Both the position numbers and the translations under genes were made by a program. A model generated the notes under the pieces. It was not told the DNA's origin, did no database searches, and worked only from the letters and a program-made list of their open reading frames with translations. From Bacteroidales bacterium (lineage in GTDB: Bacteria > Bacteroidota > Bacteroidia > Bacteroidales > Tenuifilaceae): a stretch of DNA of 64,000 bases. Shown piece after piece: positions 31,044-40,438 of the stretch (positions are counted from its first letter, which is position 1; each line of letters begins with the position of its first letter). Where the stretch lies: assembly GCA_013141385.1 (NCBI GenBank), contig JABFRB010000022.1, forward strand, positions 92,106-156,105, given 5' to 3'.

Positions 31044-32957
31044 TTACTTTTTAATTTTTTGTTCTTCCTTATTTTTAGGATCTAGCATTTCCAATAATTT
31101 CAAACCTAAAATTCCTTCTACTGCCGTTCCATTAGCATTTGTACCGCCAATTAAAACATCAGGTATCAACTTAACATTACCCTTTGCAAGTTCTTCTGTT
31201 ATTTTGTAGCGTGTAAAATTATCGCCTCCAATTGCCTTAACTGCAAGTTCATAAGACTCTGCTGTTGATTTACCAATAGCCAATATCTTTGTTGCTTCTG
31301 CATTACCTGTTAAGGAAATCTGTTCTGCTTGCGCTGATGCTTTTAATTTAATTGCTTCAGATTCTGCCTGAGCCCTAGCCCTTGTTGATTCTGCCTCAGC
31401 ATGAGCACGCATTTTAGTTGATTCGGCCTCTGCGCTTACTGCTAACTTAACACTACTAGCATCACCTTCCGCTTTTTTAACTGTTGCATTTGCTGTTCTT
31501 TCTGCAATTTCAACGCTTTGCTGCGCCTTAACTATATCCTTTTGCATATCGGCAATGGCTGTTTCCTTTTCCATGCCTTGTCTGGTTTCTTGCGCTCTCT
31601 TTTGTGTATCGTAGGTGACTTTTTGTTCTTCCGCAATTTTTCTATCCGTTAATGTTTTCATAAGCGTTTCGGGAGGAACAATATCACCAATTAGAGTATC
31701 TACGGCATTTACGTTATACTCATCTAATACTTTTTTGATGTGCGCTTTTGCTGAATCCTGACGTTCTTTACGGGTACTTAAAAATGCAATAACATCGCTA
31801 TCCTGTGCTGAGTTTCTGAAGTAGTTACCAATTGTCGGTTCTAAAACTTGTGAAACGAGGTTAACCATATTTCCAAATCGAGCTATCACTTTTGGAGCCT
31901 CAATTGATGGAACGTGAATAATTTGGGCTACATCGAGGTTAAATGGGAAACCATCTTTTGAACGAACTGTAATTGTTGAAAGGTTTTTATCGAGATTATG
32001 CGCTTCGCTCCTTGCAGTTGCCCAGTTTAAAACAAGGTTTGTTGTAGGAACCAATTCAACCTTCATTGTGTATTTGTTAATTGGGTATTTACCTGGCCCA
32101 AGCGGTTCGAGCCAAACTCCTTTATACCCTTTTTCAACAATATTTCCATGAGTAAAATCAGAACCTGTTAAATCCTTGCCATCTTGCCCAATGTAAGAGA
32201 TTACAACACCTACGTAACCAATTGGTATTTCGGACATTGGGGTTTCTTCAATTTGAATTGCCCATGGATTAAGGTTATATGAACCTGCAAGGATCACTTG
32301 CGGTTGCAAACCTCTATTACCTCCATTTTTAATGAAAGCATCAAAGTCCTGAAAATTATTATGCCCTTCGATTAATTTACCAGCTATTTGTCCTCTTTCA
32401 ATTGGAAGCCCATCAAGGGTTGTTACAATACCTACCATGCTTTCCTGAATTCTTATCATATCTGTGATTGAAATCTGAAAGAGCATTGTGTTGATACGAT
32501 AAGAACCAGCAGTAATATATGAAGCTTGCCTTCCTCGCTGACCGCCAGTAGTAAGAAATTTTTCAGCATCTTGAAAATTATCACAATCTACTCGTTGAGC
32601 AAGTATATTACCTGTTGGAATCTCATTACCATCTTTTGATAATGCTAGACCAATCTTACCTTCTGGAATAACTGTGAAAGATTCCATGGTAATTTCATAC
32701 TGCCATACCCATTTCCCAAAATATAATCCTGGAGCAAGAGTTCGTGCCTGAAATCCAGCTTCTCCATTTGTTGCAATTATCCGCCCTCCGGGCAATTCCT
32801 TAAATTTACCAAATAACACAAATTTTTTGGTAACCAGACCGATCCTATCCTCAGGTACTATTACCATCCCAAATAATAATCGCGCAATTATTTTTGAAAA
32901 AACAATACAAAGGACTATAAAAAAAATCCACCAATACGCTAAAAAGAAATTCTCCAT
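31044..32957 (-). CDS. Flotillin/SPFH (band-7) family membrane protein
   Basis: 637 aa; N-terminal TM helix, SPFH-type region, long C-terminal coiled coil with Ala/Glu repeats (AEAESTKMRAHAEAESTRARAQAESEAIKLKASAQAEQ). Confidence 0.65.
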   Translation of the reverse strand: MENFFLAYWWIFFIVLCIVFSKIIARLLFGMVIVPEDRIGLVTKKFVLFGKFKELPGGRIIATNGEAGFQARTLAPGLYFGKWVWQYEITMESFTVIPEGKIGLALSKDGNEIPTGNILAQRVDCDNFQDAEKFLTTGGQRGRQASYITAGSYRINTMLFQISITDMIRIQESMVGIVTTLDGLPIERGQIAGKLIEGHNNFQDFDAFIKNGGNRGLQPQVILAGSYNLNPWAIQIEETPMSEIPIGYVGVVISYIGQDGKDLTGSDFTHGNIVEKGYKGVWLEPLGPGKYPINKYTMKVELVPTTNLVLNWATARSEAHNLDKNLSTITVRSKDGFPFNLDVAQIIHVPSIEAPKVIARFGNMVNLVSQVLEPTIGNYFRNSAQDSDVIAFLSTRKERQDSAKAHIKKVLDEYNVNAVDTLIGDIVPPETLMKTLTDRKIAEEQKVTYDTQKRAQETRQGMEKETAIADMQKDIVKAQQSVEIAERTANATVKKAEGDASSVKLAVSAEAESTKMRAHAEAESTRARAQAESEAIKLKASAQAEQISLTGNAEATKILAIGKSTAESYELAVKAIGGDNFTRYKITEELAKGNVKLIPDVLIGGTNANGTAVEGILGLKLLEMLDPKNKEEQKIKK

Positions 32958-33162
32958 AATTTGTTGATTTTAAATTTGTTTATCTATTCCGTATTTGATT
33001 ATTCAATGTTTTCAGAGTTACCTATTGTAGCCAACGCCTGTTAATCAGTGCCGTTTCGTCACCTAATAGTAAAGCTAGCAAAAAGCAATGAACTTGCCAA
33101 ATGCATTATTAATCCTATTAGAATAATTACATTATCTGATACTGCTTTCATTATTTATTGAA

Positions 33163-34248
33163 TCACTCAATGCTATGTTTTACGTCTGTTTTTTTACCCA
33201 AAAAGTTTCCAAATGCTATAGCCTTTTCTTCAACTAAATTTTTAATCGATTTGTTTTGTGGTTGAAAAAAGTCTGTTTCTACAATTACTTTATCATTCTT
33301 TATTGTTCGTTTCCATAGGCCTAAAACTTGTCCATTAATCACAATAATGGGTCTGAAAATTCCATTATCGGAAACAGCTTTTTTAAAATTTGCCAGAGGG
33401 AGCGAAGCACTTCTGTCCTTATAACTGATTAAAAATTCATCAAAAGCAGGTAATAGATATGTAGAATTATTATCACTTTGAGGTACAGAAAACGAATTGG
33501 TAAACCAGTATGTTTCCGAGCCTTTTTTCTCCGAAATAAAACCTGCCTTTACCATTTCTAAAGCATTTCTTGCATCGCTAACGGATAAGCCCGACCACCA
33601 AACGAAATCTTGTAATGTAGCAGGGCAGCGACTGGTGAAATATCTACTTGCTATTTTTTCTAGCGATTCTTCTCTTGTCTGGCTTTTAGTTTTCGGAACT
33701 CTTTCACTGAGCAGGGCGTATGTTTGCTTCTTATCCTTTATTGCTCCGCTACAAACTATACCGTCCAATTCAGCTCTCATCAAAATATGAGACGTTCTAT
33801 TTTCGTCAGTAGCGATTTTAGCATTTTGAAGTATAGCAACTATCTCTTCCCTTGTTAAATGGTTTCCACCCAACAGTGCTTTTTGAATCAACTCATTGCT
33901 TTTATTAATAAGGGATTCGGTAAGTTCCAATCCTTGATGCCTCAATCTCAACGATGCTTTTATTTTAGGTGCTGTTAGCTCAAGCAACCAGTAAATATCC
34001 TCTGCCGAAACAAAATGCCAAGTTGGTCTTAGTAAATGTGTTCGGATAATTTCTCCCTGATCAATAGCTTTTTCTATTACTTCATTCGTAGAATTGGAAA
34101 GCCGAGCTCCAATAGCCCATTTTACCATAGCGTAATCCTGAGCCTGCATTGCACCCATCCACCCAACAATGTCTTTAACAGTTGTAAATTTTGTTGTTAT
34201 GATTTGTTGGTTGATAAGTCGAATATTTGAAATGTCGATTAAAGTCAT
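33163..34248 (-). CDS. Winged-helix DNA-binding protein of the YcaQ/AlkZ-like (putative DNA glycosylase) family
   Basis: 361 aa; N-terminal …IVGWMGAMQAQDYAMVKWAIGARL… resembles the AlkZ/YcaQ HTH_42 family; family-level only. Confidence 0.4.
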   Translation of the reverse strand: MTLIDISNIRLINQQIITTKFTTVKDIVGWMGAMQAQDYAMVKWAIGARLSNSTNEVIEKAIDQGEIIRTHLLRPTWHFVSAEDIYWLLELTAPKIKASLRLRHQGLELTESLINKSNELIQKALLGGNHLTREEIVAILQNAKIATDENRTSHILMRAELDGIVCSGAIKDKKQTYALLSERVPKTKSQTREESLEKIASRYFTSRCPATLQDFVWWSGLSVSDARNALEMVKAGFISEKKGSETYWFTNSFSVPQSDNNSTYLLPAFDEFLISYKDRSASLPLANFKKAVSDNGIFRPIIVINGQVLGLWKRTIKNDKVIVETDFFQPQNKSIKNLVEEKAIAFGNFLGKKTDVKHSIE

Positions 34249-34336
34249 AGCGTATTGTTGACGGTTTAACTTACTTTTATATCTATAAGTTATTATTTTA
34301 TTGATCTAAGTGTTATTAAGTGAGGTACTTTAATTG

Positions 34337-34747
34337 TCAATCAAATCCTGGCAAAAAGAATTCAACCTTTCCACAATTCGGGCAACTGTACAAATCAAAG
34401 GATTCGCGATACGAAAGCAGATCAAGTAAGCCACCCGAGGCAAGAATACTCGTTCCTTCGTGAAATTTATAATTCCCTTTAAAGTTTAATGAAACGCTGC
34501 ATCTTAAGCAATTGATCTTTTTTAACCCTGAAGGTTTTTCATCAGCCTCCTGTTTAACTATTGCGAGATTATTACCACAATTGGGGCAAAACTCCGCAGA
34601 TGATTCAATTTCCTGATTGCACTCTGGACAGATTTGCCTAAAATCGCTACTTTCAAGAACTCTTTCATCATCAAAACTATACTGGCAATTCCAGCATAGG
34701 TCAAAATTGTCTTCAACTTCAGCATTGCACTTGGGGCATTTCTTCAT
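34337..34747 (-). CDS. Multi-zinc-ribbon protein
   Basis: 136 aa with four CxxC…CxxC pairs (CPKCN…CWNC, CPECN…CPNCG, CLRC…CPNCG). Confidence 0.4.
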   Translation of the reverse strand: MKKCPKCNAEVEDNFDLCWNCQYSFDDERVLESSDFRQICPECNQEIESSAEFCPNCGNNLAIVKQEADEKPSGLKKINCLRCSVSLNFKGNYKFHEGTSILASGGLLDLLSYRESFDLYSCPNCGKVEFFLPGFD

Positions 34748-34896
34748 ATTGAGCTAATTATCTGGTTAGATTTATTGAAAATAATTGTTTCGATTTACGT
34801 AATATTTGATCAATTGTAACTATTCGGGTTTATATTTCAGCAAACATTCTTTTGAAAGAATAGATTAAGTCACCTTTCGTTAAGCCCTGCTGAGTT

Positions 34897-35060
34897 CACG
34901 CAAAGTCGCAAAGCACGCCAAGGTAGAAAAAACTAAAGGTTTTTCTCTTTGCGCAGAATCCGTAGATTCAATTTGGTGTGATCCAATCTTAGTATTTCGG
35001 TTGAGTTTAACTTTGTTCTTCATCTATTTTACATTCTTTGCGGCTTAGCGACTTTGCGTG
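34897..35060. repeat. ~165-bp element bounded by perfect 14-bp inverted repeats (TCACGCAAAGTCGC … GCGACTTTGCGTGA)
   Basis: IRs read directly; interior is GC-richer than flanks and contains a 47-codon ORF on the minus strand. Confidence 0.4.
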
Positions 35061-35086
35061 AGATTTTTTTATTGCCAAATAGTTTT

Positions 35087-36739
35087 TTATTTCTTTTCTT
35101 TTAAAACATATTTATCAAGAAGCCAACTCTTGTTCCACTTGATATCTCCCATACTATTTGTTATGTAATAAAGCGTTAAGAAGTTTAATTTAATCGCCGT
35201 CAAAAATGCTTTATCGGAATAACTTTGGTTTAAATCATCAAAAGGGGAATGATAATATTTCATCAACCACCTGTTTGTTCGCTTTAGCCCATTAATTCTG
35301 GGGTCAACGGCAGAGTTTCCGGGTATAATAAATATACTAGGGATTCCTTTTTTGATGAATGAAAATTGGTCTCCCCTTTCAACATAATCCTCTTCAAGCG
35401 ATTTGCTTGCTGCAATTGTTAAATTCAGATTGCTTGCCGAGTAATCAATTGCATCGGATAAGTTTGAATGCAAATAACCAATGGGAATAATGCCCTTGGT
35501 TTCGAACAGATTTGCAATCATATCCAGGTTTAGGTTTGCTACTATTTTGCCGTTTCTAATTTCATTTCTATTGGCATAGTAATGAGAGCCAAGCAAGCCC
35601 TCCTCTTCGGCTGTATAACAAATAAAAATAGTAGATCGTTTTGGTTTTACGGGTAACTGACTAAAGGCTTTTCCAATTGTTATTGTGGCTGCAACGCCCG
35701 AGGCATTATCCAACATACCGTTGTATATTGAATCGCCTTTAATTTTCTTTCCTATTCCAAGATGATCAAGGTGAGCACCTATAACAACGTATTCATTTTT
35801 TAGGATTGAATCGGTGCCAGGTATAATCGAAACCACATTTTTACCATAAACACATTCGATATTTGCAGTGTATGAGCAGCTTATTGTCATGCCCAACTCC
35901 TTACTCATATTCTTACCGTTTTCAATACTTTTAAATTCTTTTGAAAAATGAAATCCTTTTAGATCAAAAACATCTTTAATGAAAGATATTTTGGCAAATA
36001 CGCATAAGTTCAGATCAACATCTGACATTGATCCATGGATTGAAGTATCGGCATAGTAAAGCGTGCTTTTTGATAGATACCCATGAACATACCTAAATAT
36101 AAGGTTTTGGAATAATCTTCCCTTTGGGTAAAAGAGAATTATACCGCTTGCTCCCTGTTTTTCTGCATTGTGAATTTTCAGCAAAATATCATCGAATGCT
36201 CTGTTTTTGATTGATTTCGGCCCCCCAACGGCTACAATAACCGTTTTACCTCTTACATCAACACCCTCATAATCATTAATTTTATCTTCGGGTAAGATAT
36301 TCCCATACCCAACAAATACAAGACTTTGCTTTTGGTTAAAATTGTTAGATTTTGCACCTACCAAGAAACTTACATTTTTTCCATAAATTCCATTCAACGA
36401 TTTTGAATTATTTTCAACCTGAAATTTAATAGAAGAGGCTACTATGGAAGGTTTTATAAACAGTATTTTCTGAAAATAAGTGCCAGAATCGCCAAATGGA
36501 AGCATTCCGTTTTTCTTAAATTCTTCGGCTACATAATTTGCTGCCATATTTAAACCCTCAGAGCCTACATCACGCCCTTTCAGCCCATCACTTGCAAGAT
36601 ATTTGAGATGTTTAAAGAAGTAACCGTATTCAATACCATTCATTGCTGAAATAGCAGTATCATCCGCTTTCTGGGAGAATGCAGCTAAATATGATAAAAA
36701 TAGAATTCCGCTGATATATATCTTTTTTAAACTTAGCAT
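35087..36739 (-). CDS. M28-family metallopeptidase with PA domain (secreted aminopeptidase-like)
   Basis: 550 aa; signal peptide; M28 zinc-ligand contexts (…VIGAHLDHLG…, …NGMLDNASG…, …TAEEEGLLGS…, …LNLDMIANL…). Confidence 0.7.
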   Translation of the reverse strand: MLSLKKIYISGILFLSYLAAFSQKADDTAISAMNGIEYGYFFKHLKYLASDGLKGRDVGSEGLNMAANYVAEEFKKNGMLPFGDSGTYFQKILFIKPSIVASSIKFQVENNSKSLNGIYGKNVSFLVGAKSNNFNQKQSLVFVGYGNILPEDKINDYEGVDVRGKTVIVAVGGPKSIKNRAFDDILLKIHNAEKQGASGIILFYPKGRLFQNLIFRYVHGYLSKSTLYYADTSIHGSMSDVDLNLCVFAKISFIKDVFDLKGFHFSKEFKSIENGKNMSKELGMTISCSYTANIECVYGKNVVSIIPGTDSILKNEYVVIGAHLDHLGIGKKIKGDSIYNGMLDNASGVAATITIGKAFSQLPVKPKRSTIFICYTAEEEGLLGSHYYANRNEIRNGKIVANLNLDMIANLFETKGIIPIGYLHSNLSDAIDYSASNLNLTIAASKSLEEDYVERGDQFSFIKKGIPSIFIIPGNSAVDPRINGLKRTNRWLMKYYHSPFDDLNQSYSDKAFLTAIKLNFLTLYYITNSMGDIKWNKSWLLDKYVLKEKK

Positions 36740-36811
36740 CTACGCTTGTGAATTATTGATAATTGGGAATCAATCGCCAAATCTATTATCCCATGTTATA
36801 ATTTACAATAG

Positions 36812-36905
36812 TTCGGTACTTTTTTTGGTGTATTTTGGTGATTTCGTGATTTCGTGGCTATTATATTGCCACCAATACACGAAAACACAAAATATCACAA
36901 AAACA
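36812..36905. repeat. Diverged relative of the 134-bp palindromic element
   Basis: Starts CAATAGTTCGGTAC like copies 1 and 2, contains a long imperfect palindrome (GGTGTATTTTGGTGATTTCGTGATTTCGTGGC / GCCACCAATACACGAAAACACAAAATATCAC); lies ~75-170 bp upstream of the minus-strand start at 36739. Confidence 0.4.
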
Positions 36906-37015
36906 ATATGTTACAAATCAATAATAATGCTTTATTGAACTATTGAATTTATATAAGTACAAAATAATTCGTATTGCTATCCTTTCCTCAATAACTTTGT
37001 TACGAGTTGAGATTT

Positions 37016-37615
37016 TTATTTTTGAATTCCTATTTCTTTTATTACTAATTTATAATTCTCAGCTATTTGCAAGCTTATCCATCCGTAAGTTGTGTCCTGT
37101 AATTGGATCATCCGAAAACCCATGTATAGATCTTCTGCATCCCAAAAATTACTGTTTATTCCAATATTATCTGGATCATAGCTACTTAGGTATGTTTGAA
37201 GTGATGTAGTAATCCAAATATGTTTATTATCAATTGTATCATTTAGATGTTTTGGCGACATAAATATTTCAATCTTTTTATCTCTAGAAATGCATTCAAT
37301 TTTGCATCCTTCGGTGGGGGTAACATAACCGATAGGATGACCCATTCCATAAAATGAATAGAAGTCTAAATCTTTACTCCCATTAAAATCAGCATCAATT
37401 AGTAGTGTTCCAGAATAACCTGTTGATGGTATTCCATTAACATCATTATTTGCCAACGTTATATGTAAATCAGGTTCATAATCTTTAACTAACATGGTAT
37501 TATCTTTCTGACCTGCAAGAATAAAACTATTCCTGTGATCCTCCTCGTTTTTTTCGCAACCTGCCAAAGTAATAGCGAAAAGTATTAATAATCCAAGATG
37601 TAATATATTTTTCAT
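37016..37615 (-). CDS. Hypothetical lipoprotein
   Basis: 199 aa; lipobox LAGC after signal peptide MKNILHLGLLILFAITLAGC. Confidence 0.4.
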   Translation of the reverse strand: MKNILHLGLLILFAITLAGCEKNEEDHRNSFILAGQKDNTMLVKDYEPDLHITLANNDVNGIPSTGYSGTLLIDADFNGSKDLDFYSFYGMGHPIGYVTPTEGCKIECISRDKKIEIFMSPKHLNDTIDNKHIWITTSLQTYLSSYDPDNIGINSNFWDAEDLYMGFRMIQLQDTTYGWISLQIAENYKLVIKEIGIQK

Positions 37616-37770
37616 TCTATTCAGTATAAAGTTTTGTTTTGCAGCAAATTAACATATTAAAAAATGATTGTATTTTGAGATATAAAACATCATTCTATCC
37701 TTCGTTATAAAGCTACTTAAAAGCGATGTACTTACCAAACACTCATCATCTCATACTTTTATGGACACTA

Positions 37771-37854
37771 GTGAAAAATGAAAAGATTTTGGAGTTTGGG
37801 TAAACGATAAGGCTATCGCAAAGTGCGATTATTGAGATGCAATGGTATTTTATT
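37771..37854. repeat. Solo copy (A) of the ~84-bp cassette-terminal element containing the ATCGCAAAGTGCGAT palindrome
   Basis: GTGAAAAATGAAAAGATTTTGGAGTTTGGGTAAACGATAAGGCTATCGCAAAGTGCGATTATTGAGATGCAATGGTATTTTATT; the same element recurs at 37968-38050 and 39231-39312. Confidence 0.55.
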
Positions 37855-37910
37855 TCAGTGCAATTTAGGATTGTTGTTTAGTAATGGGGCTTGATTCATC
37901 AAAGGGGAAA

Positions 37911-37973
37911 GGGAAAAGGGAAAAATGAAAAGGGAAAAGGGAAAAATGGAAAGGGAAAAGGGAAAAATGGAAA
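37911..37973. repeat. Purine-rich minisatellite, 3 x 21 bp (GGGAAAAGGGAAAAATGRAAA)
   Basis: Three exact or near-exact tandem units read directly. Confidence 0.7.
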
Positions 37974-38106
37974 GTGATAAGGTTTTGGAGTTAGGATGCA
38001 CAATAAGGCTATCGCAAAGTGCGATTATTGAGATGCAATGGTATTTTATTTGAGCATGTTTTTACCTTTTATCAAGTTTAATGATTCTGATTTTATCTTA
38101 GGATTT

Positions 38107-38457
38107 TTAGCTCCTTAAAATCTTATCCATTGCTTTACCCTTTGCCAATTCATCAACTAGTTTATCTAGGTAACGAATTTTTTGCATAAGCTCGTCTTCA
38201 ATTTCTTCAACTCGATAACCACAAATTACGCCCATGATTTTTGAAACATTTGGATTAATCTGCGGTGCTTGGGCGAAGAAGGTTTCAAAATCATTATTCT
38301 TATCGATTTGTTGTTGCAATGTTTGTTGATCATATCCTGTTAGCCAAAAAATAATGGCATCTACCTCAGCTTTTGTGCGTCCCTTTTTCTCCGTTTTTTG
38401 TATATACAACGGGTATACACTTGCAAAAGAGGTTTTAAATATTTTTGTATTATCCAT
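38107..38457 (-). CDS. Small conserved hypothetical protein (cassette gene 3, copy 1)
   Basis: 116 aa, [47 protein letters not shown]…; conserved-looking, function unknown (DUF-type). Confidence 0.4.
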   Translation of the reverse strand: MDNTKIFKTSFASVYPLYIQKTEKKGRTKAEVDAIIFWLTGYDQQTLQQQIDKNNDFETFFAQAPQINPNVSKIMGVICGYRVEEIEDELMQKIRYLDKLVDELAKGKAMDKILRS

Positions 38458-38609
38458 TTTGCTTGTTATTAATTATCAAGGTTAATTTCCTTTAGTCAGC
38501 AACTAGTTAACTTTGTTGTTCTTGCGTTCCTAATGAGTCAACAGCCCAAATACAACCGAGCGTTTTGTGCGAGTTCGGCGGAGCCAATAAATACGCTGTC
38601 AGTGCTAGG

Positions 38610-38918
38610 CTATATTTTCTTGATTTTCTCTGGGTTCTGTCTACAATCAAAGACTGATGCAATTGTGATAAGATTTTCCTTCTTCCAATAAATGATTTTG
38701 TAATTGCTTTCAACCAGATATCTAAATTCTTCTGGGTAGTTGCTTAAAAGTTCTTCTTTCGGGCCTGCTGATGGATTGCTTTCTAGGATGGTAACTTTGT
38801 CAAGAATTCTATTTATTATCTTTCTTGCAATTCGTGAACTAACCTCTAATGAATAGTAATCAAATATGTCTTTGAGTTGCCTTTCAGACAGTTCAGACCA
38901 TTCAATCCTTATTTCCAT
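38610..38918 (-). CDS. Type II toxin, ParE/RelE family (copy 1)
   Basis: 102 aa; …YKIIYWKKENLITIASVFDCRQNP… typical RelE/ParE C-terminal region; 10-bp overlap with upstream antitoxin ORF. Confidence 0.7.
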   Translation of the reverse strand: MEIRIEWSELSERQLKDIFDYYSLEVSSRIARKIINRILDKVTILESNPSAGPKEELLSNYPEEFRYLVESNYKIIYWKKENLITIASVFDCRQNPEKIKKI

Positions 38919-39151
38919 GTCTTCACCTTCTTCTTAAGTTCTTGGTGAGTGATAACTCGACCAGTATCGCAATCACATTTCGCTTGGTCAATCATTTCAT
39001 GGAATTCGTTCAACGACATGGGTTTTAAGTTTTTTTCATGAGAAACTTTCTTTTCCTGCTTAATGAAAGATTCAATTTTAGTGATTAGACTTTCGTCACT
39101 AATACGTAGGAATTCTTCAATTAGAATCAGTTTTCTCGCTTGAATATTCAT
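38909..39151 (-). CDS. Putative antitoxin / addiction-module component (copy 1)
   Basis: 80-aa ORF directly upstream of and overlapping the toxin gene; small, charged, helical. Confidence 0.5.
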   Translation of the reverse strand: MNIQARKLILIEEFLRISDESLITKIESFIKQEKKVSHEKNLKPMSLNEFHEMIDQAKCDCDTGRVITHQELKKKVKTWK

Positions 39152-39167
39152 GTCCTTAGTCTTTCTG

Positions 39168-39175
39168 CAAATATA
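39168..39175 (-). promoter_or_regulatory. Bacteroidetes-type -7 promoter box TATATTTG (minus strand) for cassette copy 1
   Basis: RC of CAAATATA; matches the TAnnTTTG consensus, 17 bp upstream of the antitoxin ATG. Confidence 0.35.
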
Positions 39176-39230
39176 AATGTTTTCGAAGGGAAAAGCATCG
39201 TCTTGTCGTTTTTTTAGCTTGACGCTAACG

Positions 39231-39312
39231 GGAAAGTGAAAAGGTTTTGGAGTTGGGGTGCACGATAAGGCTATCGCAAAGTGCGATTATTGAGATGCAA
39301 TGGTGTTTTATT
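39231..39312. repeat. Cassette-terminal element copy C (ATCGCAAAGTGCGAT palindrome at 39273-39287)
   Basis: Same ~82-bp sequence as 37771-37854 and 37968-38050. Confidence 0.55.
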
Positions 39313-39360
39313 GGAGCGCATTTTCACTTTTTTATCAAGTTTAATGATTCTGATTTTATC

Positions 39361-39720
39361 TTAGGATTTTTGGCTCCTTAATATCTTATCCATTGCTTTT
39401 CCCTTAGCCAATTCATCAACTAGCTTATCTAAGTAACGAATTTTTTGCATAAGCTCGTCTTCAATTTCTTCAACTCGATAACCACAAATTACGCCCATGA
39501 TTTTTGAAACATTTGGATTAATCTGCGGTGCTTGGGCGAAGAAGGTTTCAAAATCATTATTCTTATCGATTTGTTGTTGCAATGTTTGTTGATCATATCC
39601 TGTTAGCCAAAAAATAATGGCATCTACCTCAGCTTTTGTGCGTCCCTTTTTCTCCGTTTTTTGTATATACAACGGGTATACACTTGCAAAAGAGGTTTTA
39701 AATATTTTTGTATTATCCAT
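39361..39720 (-). CDS. Small conserved hypothetical protein (cassette gene 3, copy 2)
   Basis: 119 aa, identical to copy 1 except a 3-aa longer C-terminus. Confidence 0.4.
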   Translation of the reverse strand: MDNTKIFKTSFASVYPLYIQKTEKKGRTKAEVDAIIFWLTGYDQQTLQQQIDKNNDFETFFAQAPQINPNVSKIMGVICGYRVEEIEDELMQKIRYLDKLVDELAKGKAMDKILRSQKS

Positions 39721-39872
39721 TTTGCTTGTTATTAATTATCAAGGTTAATTTCCTTTAGTCAGCAACTAGTTAACTTTGTTGTTCTTGCGTTCCTAATGAG
39801 TCAACAGCCCAAATACAACCGAGCGTTTTGTGCGAGTTCGGCGGAGCCAATAAATACGCTGTCAGTGCTAGG

Positions 39873-40181
39873 CTATATTTTCTTGATTTTCTCTGGGTTC
39901 TGTCTACAATCAAAGACTGATGCAATTGTGATAAGATTTTCCTTCTTCCAATAAATGATTTTGTAATTGCTTTCAACCAGATATCTAAATTCTTCTGGGT
40001 AGTTGCTTAAAAGTTCTTCTTTCGGGCCTGCTGATGGATTGCTTTCTAGGATGGTAACTTTGTCAAGAATTCTATTTATTATCTTTCTTGCAATTCGTGA
40101 ACTAACCTCTAATGAATAGTAATCAAATATGTCTTTGAGTTGCCTTTCAGACAGTTCAGACCATTCAATCCTTATTTCCAT
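39873..40181 (-). CDS. Type II toxin, ParE/RelE family (copy 2)
   Basis: Identical protein to 38610-38918. Confidence 0.7.
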   Translation of the reverse strand: MEIRIEWSELSERQLKDIFDYYSLEVSSRIARKIINRILDKVTILESNPSAGPKEELLSNYPEEFRYLVESNYKIIYWKKENLITIASVFDCRQNPEKIKKI

Positions 40182-40414
40182 GTCTTCACCTTCTTCTTAA
40201 GTTCTTGGTGAGTGATAACTCGACCAGTATCGCAATCACATTTCGCTTGGTCAATCATTTCATGGAATTCGTTCAACGACATGGGTTTTAAGTTTTTTTC
40301 ATGAGAAACTTTCTTTTCCTGCTTAATGAAAGATTCAATTTTAGTGATTAGACTTTCGTCACTAATACGTAGGAATTCTTCAATTAGAATCAGTTTTCTC
40401 GCTTGAATATTCAT
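40172..40414 (-). CDS. Putative antitoxin (copy 2)
   Basis: Identical protein to 38909-39151. Confidence 0.5.
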   Translation of the reverse strand: MNIQARKLILIEEFLRISDESLITKIESFIKQEKKVSHEKNLKPMSLNEFHEMIDQAKCDCDTGRVITHQELKKKVKTWK

Positions 40415-40430
40415 GTCCTTAGTCTTTCTG

Positions 40431-40438
40431 CAAATATA
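40431..40438 (-). promoter_or_regulatory. -7 promoter box TATATTTG for cassette copy 2
   Basis: Same sequence and spacing as in copy 1. Confidence 0.35.

Noticed and set aside
37911-37973. Possible CRISPR array (short direct repeats)
   Set aside because: Units are contiguous 21-mers with no unique spacers. No cas genes. This is a minisatellite, not CRISPR.
38507-38713. 68-aa ORFs (38507-38713 and 39770-39976) inside the TA cassettes
   Set aside because: They overlap the 3' part of the ParE/RelE toxin gene in another frame on the same strand. The toxin frame has the recognisable family motif, so the overlapping ORF is treated as spurious.
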